Below, piece by piece: positions 51,330 to 64,000 of a stretch of DNA of 64,000 bases. The DNA lies in assembly GCA_964016885.1 (NCBI GenBank), contig OZ024751.1, forward strand, positions 4,526,001 to 4,590,000, in the 5' to 3' direction. The first letter of the stretch is position 1. The number at the start of each line of letters is the position of its first letter. The position numbers and the translations under genes were made by a program. A model generated the notes under the pieces. The model did not search any database and was not told where the DNA came from. It saw nothing but the letters and a program-made list of their open reading frames with translations. Source of the stretch: Eledone cirrhosa. Its lineage: Eukaryota.

Positions 51330-52413
51330 TAACTTAGAATAACTTTGAAATCTTTTGGCCAGGCCATGTCTAACTTAATAGCACCACCTGGCGAAGTCTT
51401 TCAATTCAGGATTTGGGCACCATGGCCCATTCGAGAAGAGAATTACTGTTTGCGGAGACATATCCGTGTGTGGGTGGTTTGTCCGGGATTACTTGGAGGA
51501 ATTTGTCCAAAGACTTCTTGAATTTTGTGTGGTCAGTTTCTGTTTTGACGTGTCCTGGTGTGATGTTGAAGAGAGCAGGGCCGATTGAGGTGAAATAATT
51601 GTGCCGTATTGTTGTTATGAGTTGCGATTTAGATTTTTGTATGGGACGGATAGCACGGGGCCCAAGCCTTGGGTGTATCTTGAAGGCGATGCCAACATCA
51701 TTTGGGCAGTGATGATGGAACATTTTCCACATCATGCAGATAATATAACGCTCACGGCGACGTTGGAGTGAGTAAAGTTTCAGGTTTTCTAGTCGACCCC
51801 AGTAGTCAAGGTCTGACATGCCATCTATCTTTTTCGTGATTGCCCTTTGAGGAGCTTCAAGTTTCATGATACTTTGTTTCGTGTGGTGAGACCACAGTGG
51901 ACAAAAGTATTCAAGGTGTGGTCGGGCAAAAGTAGAGAAGAGAAGGATAATGGTGTGGGAATCTCTCGACTGGAAGGTTCTGAGGATCCAGGAACACATT
52001 CTGCGGGCCATGTCAACTTTGCTGCTTATATGCGTGGCCCAGCTTATGTTGCTGTCCACAGTTACTCCCAAGTCTCTGATGTTGTTAGATGCCACGAGAG
52101 TTTCCCCGGAGGGAAGGGAGTACAGGAGTTTCAGAGCATCCTCATTTCCAAAGTGGATCAGTTCGAATTTGTCTTCGTTCAGTAACATGTTGTTCTTTTC
52201 CGCCCATTGGCTAACAGCCAGTAGGTCTGACTGAAGGCTTATCCGGTCATCCACGCCATTGATGACCTTTTGGAGCTTGGAATCATCAGCGTAAATTTTA
52301 ATGTTGCTGTGTTTGATGATGTCAGTGATGTCATTAATATAGATGATGAAGAGAAGTGGGCCCAACACAGTGCCTTGTGGGACCCCACTACTGACTTTGG
52401 CTGGGCTGGATTT
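51330..52413 (-). mobile_element. CR1-group LINE, 5'-truncated
   Basis: [28 protein letters not shown]. Confidence 0.93.
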
Positions 52414-52425
52414 ATATAATATATA

Positions 52426-52617
52426 AACACGGTAAAAACCTTCCAGACCCACACTGTAAATGTGGTTGGTGTTAGGAAGGGCATCCAACTGTAGAAAACC
52501 TGCCAGACAGTCCTATGCGAGCAAGTAAAATCACTCTTGCCTCAAGTGGGACTACCCCCGTCCAAACCCATGCAGGCATGGAACACGGACGTTAAACGTT
52601 GATGATGATGATGATGA
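52426..52617 (+). mobile_element. RTE-B 3' UTR fragment
   Basis: Matches 45364-45563. Confidence 0.9.
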
Positions 52618-52623
52618 TATATG

Positions 52624-52697
<74 letters not shown>

Positions 52698-52723
52698 CAT
52701 ATATACAAATATATATATATGTA

Positions 52724-52804
<81 letters not shown>

Positions 52805-52852
52805 ATATATATATATATATGCATATGTATATATATATATATATATATATGC

Positions 52853-55553
52853 CTCTAGAGAGGCCGGAAGATAGGTAAATATTGCTGATGAGTTGTAACA
52901 ACAACGAAACTAGTTCAATGTTCCTTGTCTGGCTTTCTGAAGAATAGAGGAAAGGTGTTTCCTCAAAAACCAGTATGACTCTAAAAACCGGTTTGTCTGT
53001 GTGTTTACATACAGAATAGCTGGCCACTCACAGTAAAGTGACCAGTGAAAAAACTTGGTACATCTACATATGTATACGTGTGTGTATTCATATACATACT
53101 AGTATTTCAGTATACATATATGGATGTACATCTTTAACTTAATTGTTTAAGCGTCAGTCATACAAAAGTGAGTTACAAATGAAACGAAATTTAATTTCGT
53201 TTCGTTATTTGTTTTTATCGTCTCCGTTGAACCGGTACTTACTCACACTCTATGCAAATTGGTCTGCCCACTACTAATTTTCATAGAAAAAGCATATAAC
53301 GATATGTGCTTTTACGATTCTCTAGAGAGGCCGGAAGATAGGTAAATATTGCTGATGAGTTGTAACAACAACGAAACTAGTTCAATGTTCCTTGTCTGGC
53401 TTTCTGAAGAATAGAGGAAAGGTGTTTCCTCAAAAACCAGTATGACTCTAAAAACCGGTTTGTCTGTGTGTTTACATACAGAATAGCTGGCCACTCACAG
53501 TAAAGTGACCAGTGAAAAAACTTGGTACATCTACATATGTATACGTGTGTGTATTCATATACATACTAGTATTTCAGTATACATATATGGATGTACATCT
53601 TTAACTTAATTGTTTAAGCGTCAGTCATACAAAAGTGAGTTACAAATGAAACGAAATTTAATTTCGTTTCGTTATTTGTTTTTATCGTCTCCGTTGAACC
53701 GGTACTTACTCACACTCTATGCAAATTGGTCTGCCCACTACTAATTTTCATAGAAAAAGCATATAACGATATGTGCTTTTACGATTCTCTAGAGAGGCCG
53801 GAAGATAGGTAAATATTGCTGATGAGTTGTAACAACAACGAAACTAGTTCAATGTTCCTTGTCTGGCTTTCTGAAGAATAGAGGAAAGGTGTTTCCTCAA
53901 AAACCAGTATGACTCTAAAAACCGGTTTGTCTGTGTGTTTACATACAGAATAGCTGGCCACTCACAGTAAAGTGACCAGTGAAAAAACTTGGTACATCTA
54001 CATATGTATACGTGTGTGTATTCATATACATACTAGTATTTCAGTATACATATATGGATGTACATCTTTAACTTAATTGTTTAAGCGTCAGTCATACAAA
54101 AGTGAGTTACAAATGAAACGAAATTTAATTTCGTTTCGTTATTTGTTTTTATCGTCTCCGTTGAACCGGTACTTACTCACACTCTATGCAAATTGGTCTG
54201 CCCACTACTAATTTTCATAGAAAAAGCATATAACGATATGTGCTTTTACGATTCTCTAGAGAGGCCGGAAGATAGGTAAATATTGCTGATGAGTTGTAAC
54301 AACAACGAAACTAGTTCAATGTTCCTTGTCTGGCTTTCTGAAGAATAGAGGAAAGGTGTTTCCTCAAAAACCAGTATGACTCTAAAAACCGGTTTGTCTG
54401 TGTGTTTACATACAGAATAGCTGGCCACTCACAGTAAAGTGACCAGTGAAAAAACTTGGTACATCTACATATGTATACGTGTGTGTATTCATATACATAC
54501 TAGTATTTCAGTATACATATATGGATGTACATCTTTAACTTAATTGTTTAAGCGTCAGTCATACAAAAGTGAGTTACAAATGAAACGAAATTTAATTTCG
54601 TTTCGTTATTTGTTTTTATCGTCTCCGTTGAACCGGTACTTACTCACACTCTATGCAAATTGGTCTGCCCACTACTAATTTTCATAGAAAAAGCATATAA
54701 CGATATGTGCTTTTACGATTCTCTAGAGAGGCCGGAAGATAGGTAAATATTGCTGATGAGTTGTAACAACAACGAAACTAGTTCAATGTTCCTTGTCTGG
54801 CTTTCTGAAGAATAGAGGAAAGGTGTTTCCTCAAAAACCAGTATGACTCTAAAAACCGGTTTGTCTGTGTGTTTACATACAGAATAGCTGGCCACTCACA
54901 GTAAAGTGACCAGTGAAAAAACTTGGTACATCTACATATGTATACGTGTGTGTATTCATATACATACTAGTATTTCAGTATACATATATGGATGTACATC
55001 TTTAACTTAATTGTTTAAGCGTCAGTCATACAAAAGTGAGTTACAAATGAAACGAAATTTAATTTCGTTTCGTTATTTGTTTTTATCGTCTCCGTTGAAC
55101 CGGTACTTACTCACACTCTATGCAAATTGGTCTGCCCACTACTAATTTTCATAGAAAAAGCATATAACGATATGTGCTTTTACGATTCTCTAGAGAGGCC
55201 GGAAGATAGGTAAATATTGCTGATGAGTTGTAACAACAACGAAACTAGTTCAATGTTCCTTGTCTGGCTTTCTGAAGAATAGAGGAAAGGTGTTTCCTCA
55301 AAAACCAGTATGACTCTAAAAACCGGTTTGTCTGTGTGTTTACATACAGAATAGCTGGCCACTCACAGTAAAGTGACCAGTGAAAAAACTTGGTACATCT
55401 ACATATGTATACGTGTGTGTATTCATATACATACTAGTATTTCAGTATACATATATGGATGTACATCTTTAACTTAATTGTTTAAGCGTCAGTCATACAA
55501 AAGTGAGTTACAAATGAAACGAAATTTAATTTCGTTTCGTTATTTGTTTTTAT
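52853..55553 (+). repeat. Tandem array of 467-bp non-coding monomers (~5.8 copies), one hammerhead each (retrozyme-like)
   Basis: Exact 467 period; HHR at 52878, 53345, 53812, 54279, 54746, 55213. Confidence 0.95.
52878..52922 (+). ncRNA. Minimal type I hammerhead ribozyme (first of six)
   Basis: aatattg CTGATGA gttgt-aaca-acaac GAAA ctag TT caatgtt. Confidence 0.92.
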
Positions 55554-55662
55554 ATATATATACATATATACATATATATATATATATTACGCAAATATGA
55601 CCCTCCCCAAGTATAACAATATCTGTTTCGACACACGATTTCATATAAAAAACCTCGCTAAA

Positions 55663-55704
<42 letters not shown>

Positions 55705-55900
55705 TATATATACACGCACACATACACACATATCTCTACGCCATTTTTTATTCAGTCTGTCTATATATTTATTTATTTATTTGCTTGTTTGTTTATTTTA
55801 TTTTGTCTTCTTTGCGCATGCGTTTGCGTGTGTGTTTTGTGTTACGTTTGCTGTGTGACTAGTGTGTATAGTGTTGTGTAATAAACGATATATATATATG

Positions 55901-56005
<105 letters not shown>

Positions 56006-56016
56006 GTATATATATA

Positions 56017-56639
<623 letters not shown>

Positions 56640-56648
56640 TTATATATG

Positions 56649-56754
<106 letters not shown>

Positions 56755-56759
56755 TGTAA

Positions 56760-56809
<50 letters not shown>

Positions 56810-56813
56810 GTAA

Positions 56814-57230
<417 letters not shown>

Positions 57231-57279
57231 ATATGTATACATATATATATATATATATATGTATACATATATATATATG

Positions 57280-57465
<186 letters not shown>

Positions 57466-57477
57466 GTATATATATAT

Positions 57478-57812
57478 AAAAGAGAAAATTGAGAGGTATA
57501 ACACTCAACTTATCAGATAGGCAGTATATGGTTAGCTCAATGTCTGAAGACAGAGCCGTAATACAATTAACGACAAAGAGCGCTTAGAACATAGTATATC
57601 TTTAATTGCTGACAATGTTTCGTCCACACTAAAAGTGGGACTCTTCAGGGCTTAAAGAGTAGATACAGAGTATAGAAGCACTTGGATTTGTTAATGCTTC
57701 TATACTCTGTATCTACTCTTTAAGCTCTGAAGAGTCCCACTTTTAGTGTGGACGAAACATTGTCAGCAATTAAAGATATACCTATGTTCTAAGCGCTCTT
57801 TGTTGTTAATTG
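57478..57812. mobile_element. Fold-back pLTR fragment with two HHRs (57608-57651 minus, 57724-57767 plus)
   Basis: gct CTGAAGA gtcc-cacttttagtgt-ggac GAAA cattg TC agc; ~117-bp inverted arms. Confidence 0.9.
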
Positions 57813-58110
<298 letters not shown>

Positions 58111-58124
58111 CATATATATATAGA

Positions 58125-58156
<32 letters not shown>

Positions 58157-58221
58157 CATATATATATATACATATACATATATATATATACATATACATA
58201 TATATATATATATATATATAC

Positions 58222-58266
<45 letters not shown>

Positions 58267-58274
58267 CATATACA

Positions 58275-58308
<34 letters not shown>

Positions 58309-58321
58309 CATATATATATAC

Positions 58322-58374
<53 letters not shown>

Positions 58375-58480
58375 CATATATATATATACATATATATATA
58401 CATATATATATACATATATATATACATATATATATACATATATATATACATATATATATACATATATATATACATATATA

Positions 58481-58900
58481 TATGGTGGCTGCCAACTCGT
58501 TTTCGAGTTCGGCCACTACTTTATATCCATGTAGGAGAACCCCTACCGATGCGCTGAACGAGTGTGACTTTTTAGTCCAGCCAGCGACTTGAAAACTCTG
58601 GTACAAACACTACACCTGTGACAATTACTGACACATAGTGCTGGGCCCATGGTACCATGTGACGACAAGTGCAGAGAGATCTCCAGATATAAAGCAATGC
58701 CTGTGCCGTGAAGCTTTTATAGTGAGCAAAGGCACTGCACAAAGCCAGTCCCACTCTCTTAACCAAGATGATATTTACCAAAAAGAAGAACAAGTCAACA
58801 TCATTGGATACCATCAGGGTTGCAGGTGTTATATCAGAGTTTTCCTTCTCCTAGAATTCTGCCTTGACAAAGGCTAAGGGGTCATCTCTCCCGGTGATTT
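58481..58900 (-). mobile_element. Bipartite RTE-derived element, copy 3 (5'-truncated)
   Basis: Near-identical to 10688-11107. Confidence 0.85.
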
Positions 58901-58906
58901 ACATAC

Positions 58907-58945
<39 letters not shown>

Positions 58946-59065
58946 CATACACATATATACATACATATACACACATACATATACATACACATATATATAC
59001 ATATATATATGCACACACATATACATACATACATACATATACATACATACATATACATACATATA

Positions 59066-59096
<31 letters not shown>

Positions 59097-59914
59097 ACAT
59101 ATATATATATACATATACACACACATATACATATACATACACATACATATATACATATACACACACATATATATATACATACATACATATACATATACAT
59201 ATATATATACATACATACATATACACACACATATATATACACATACATACATATACATATATATATATATACACATACACACATATACATATATATACAT
59301 ATACATACATATATACATATACATATACACACACATACATATATATATATACATACATACATATATATACATATACATACACATATATATATACATACAT
59401 ATATATACATACACATATACATACATATATATATACACATATACATACACACATACATATACACATACATACATATATATATATATACATATACATACAC
59501 ATATATATATACACACACATACATACATACATATATATATATATGCACCTGCTTGCTTTCGGCCCACTTGTCTGCCTCTTGATGTTCATGTTGAGGTAAA
59601 CGATTTTGCTTGCTACATTGTGACGTTGTGACACTCATTTATCTGCCCATGGATGCTCCTGCTGCTGCATGTGAATTCTCCCACCCTCCTTGGATATACC
59701 TCTGTTGACCAATGGACTCCTGCCCGAGTGTGAACCGGTTTGTGATTACCCCACCGCTCAACTGTGTGAATGCACACCCGTGACTTTCGAGTGTGAACTT
59801 TTGACACTGCCCAACCTGGGACGTCTCCATTGCATTGCAATGGTCAAGTGATACTGATAACTGTGACACTTAGGGCCTTCGTGGGCCCCTGATATATTCA
59901 AGAAATATATTCTA

Positions 59915-60675
59915 AAATTATATATCTTATCTCAATTTACTTTATTTTATTTTATTTTATTTCATTTTATTTAATTTTATTTAATTATATCTTATATTAT
60001 ATTATTTTATTTTAGTTCATTTCATTTCATTTTATTTTATGTTATTTTATTATTATATTATATTATATTATATTTTATTTTAGATAATTTTATTTTATTT
60101 CATTCCTTACCCTGTATCACTATTATCTGTATATTTTATATGTATGTTTTTTATATTTTTTTATATTTCTTATATATATTATATGTCTATTTTTTACCTA
60201 TTTTTCACCTATTTTTTATCTATTCTTACCTACTCCTATCTATCTTATCTATTCTTGTCTGTTCTCTATCTCTTATCCATGCGTATGCTTGTATGTAACT
60301 GTATGTTGACAGCACCCCGCCCAACTGTGACCGATAGCACCCCTTATTTTTCAATTATTTTTCAATGTTTATTTTTCAATGTTTATTTTTATTTTTACTT
60401 CCTCAATATTTTTTATCTTTTATTATTTTTTATTCTTTATTTCTTCAATGTCTTGGATTTGTTATTGCTTGTGTAATATGTAATCAACCTTTATGCTCTG
60501 ATGAGTCCCACTTGTAGTGCGGATGAAACAATGTTAGCAAGTAAAGATATGCAAATGCTATAGGCGTTCTTTGTTGTTGATTATATCACGGCTCTGTCCT
60601 CAGACATCGAGCTAACCTTATACTGCCTATTGGATAAGTGGAGTGTTATACACCCCTGATCCTCTCCCTTATATA
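59915..60675 (+). mobile_element. AT-rich PLE-type 3' UTR/pLTR with HHR at 60494-60539
   Basis: tgct CTGATGA gtcc-cacttgtagtgc-ggat GAAA caatg TT agca; downstream sequence homologous to the reverse complement of 57478-57610. Confidence 0.8.
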
Positions 60676-60920
60676 CTATATACATATACATACATATATA
60701 CACACACATATATATATATATACATATACATATACATACACACATATATACATACATATATATATATACACATATATATACACACATATATATATATACA
60801 TATACATATATACATACATATATACACACACATATATATATATATACATATACATATACATACACACATATATACATACATATATATATATACACATATA
60901 TATACACACATATATATATA

Positions 60921-60951
<31 letters not shown>

Positions 60952-62199
60952 ACACACATATATATATACACATATATATATATACATATACACACATATA
61001 CATATATATATATATACACATATACACATATACATATATATATATACATATATACATATATACACATATATACACATATATACATATACACATACACATA
61101 TACATATATACATATACACATATATATATATACACATATATACACATACACATATACATATATACATACATATATATACACATATATATACATATACATA
61201 CATATATATACACATATACACACACATACACATATATATATACATACATATATATACATATATACACATACATACATATACATACATACATATATATATA
61301 TACATACATACATATACATACATATATATATATACATACATACATATACATACATATATACATATACATACATACATATACATACATATATATATATATA
61401 TACATACATACATATACATACATATATACATATACATACATACATATACATACATATACACATACACATACATACATATACATACATATATATATATACA
61501 TACATACATACATATATATATATATATACATACATATATATATATATATACATACACATATATATACACATACATACATATATATACATATACATACATA
61601 CATACATACATATATACACATACATACATACATACATATACATACATATATATATATATACATACATACACATATATATACATATACACATACACATATA
61701 TACATATATATATACATATACATACACACATACATATACATACATATATATACATATACATATATATACATACACATACATACATACACATATATACATA
61801 CACACATATATATATATATATATACACACACATATATATACATATACATACATACATATATATACATATACATACATACATATATATACACATACATACA
61901 TACATATATATACATATACATACATATATATACATATACATACATATATATACACATACATACATACATATATATACATATACATACATATACATACATA
62001 TACATACATACATATATATATACACATACATACATATATATATATACATATACATATATATATACACATATACATACATATATACATATACATACATATA
62101 TATATATATATACATATATACACATACATACACATATATATATACATACATACATACATATACATACATATATATAAATACATACATACATATATATAA

Positions 62200-62262
<63 letters not shown>

Positions 62263-62539
62263 CATACATATATATATATACATATATATATATACATATA
62301 TATACATACATATATATATATATATATACATACATATATATATACACATACATACATATATATATACATACATATATACATATACATATATATATATATA
62401 TACATACATATATATATACATACATACATATATATACATATATACATACACATATATATACATACATATATATATATATATACATACATATATATATACA
62501 TACATATATACACACATATACATATACATACATATATAT

Positions 62540-62584
<45 letters not shown>

Positions 62585-62789
62585 CATATATATATACATA
62601 GATACATACATACATACATACATATATATATACATACATATATATATATACATACATACATATATATATATACATACATATATATATATATACATATATA
62701 TATACATAGATACATACATACATACATATATATATATACATACATATATATATACATACATACATATATATATATATATACATATATAT

Positions 62790-62840
<51 letters not shown>

Positions 62841-62847
62841 TATATAC

Positions 62848-62892
<45 letters not shown>

Positions 62893-62899
62893 TATATAC

Positions 62900-62944
<45 letters not shown>

Positions 62945-62997
62945 TATATACATACATACATACACATACATATATATATATATACATATATACATAC

Positions 62998-63030
<33 letters not shown>

Positions 63031-63095
63031 CATATATATATACATACATATATATACACATATATATATATATATATACACATATATATACATAC

Positions 63096-63136
<41 letters not shown>

Positions 63137-63637
63137 TATATATATACATATACATATACACATATATATATATATATATATACATACACACATACATACA
63201 TATATATATATATATATACATACATACATATATACATACATACATATATATATACATATATATACATACACACATACATACACAGATACATACACACATA
63301 TATATATATACATACATACATACATATATATACATATACATGCATACATATATATATACATGCATACATATATATATACACACATACATACATACATATA
63401 TATACATATATATACATACATACATATATATATATATATACATACATACATATATATATATATACATACATACATATATATATATATACATACATACATA
63501 CATACACATATACATACATACATATATATATATATACATACATACATACATATACATATATACATACATACATACATATATATATATACATACATACATA
63601 CATATATACATATACATACATACATATATATATATAT

Positions 63638-63668
<31 letters not shown>

Positions 63669-63929
63669 CATACATACATATATATATATATACATACATA
63701 CATATATATATATACACATACATACATATATATATATATATACATACATATATATATATATATATACATACATACATATATATATATACATACATACATA
63801 TACACATATATACACACATACACATATATATATATATACATACATATATATATATATACATACATATATATATATATATATACATACATACATATATATA
63901 CATATACATACATACATACATACATATAT

Positions 63930-63960
<31 letters not shown>

Positions 63961-64000
63961 TACATACATATATATACATATACATACATATACATACATA
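60676..64000. repeat. >3.3-kb compound (TA)n/(TACA)n microsatellite
   Basis: Seen directly. Confidence 0.97.

Noticed and set aside
53312-55362. Repeated 60-aa [12 protein letters not shown]... in the 467-bp array
   Set aside because: Short, antisense to the HHR, no recognisable domain; expected by chance in an identical repeat

Overview
Eukaryotic, gene-free and repeat-saturated window. It is probably from an octopus or other cephalopod, an inference from the tRNA/CORE-type SINEs, RTE tails and very long C-interrupted (TA)n tracts. No host protein-coding gene is supported, and the many Ile/Tyr-rich ORFs are microsatellite artefacts. The (TA)n tracts host a nest of retroelements: three large Penelope-like elements (PLEs, RT plus GIY-YIG), about four RTE families (two with a PHD-type finger after the RT core), a CR1-group LINE, a bipartite RTE-derived non-autonomous element and SINEs. 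The main signal, which the ORF track does not show, is about 25 type-I hammerhead ribozyme (HHR) motifs in at least 10 sequence families. They include non-coding tandem arrays of 467-bp and 310-bp HHR-bearing monomers (retrozyme-like, potential circular RNAs), a back-to-back retrozyme/PLE chimera, and many divergent fold-back insertions whose outer ends run into TA repeats. A near-full RTE also carries about 7 kb of 405-bp tandem monomers at its 5' end. All coordinates and folds were read by eye, and boundaries inside TA tracts are approximate.
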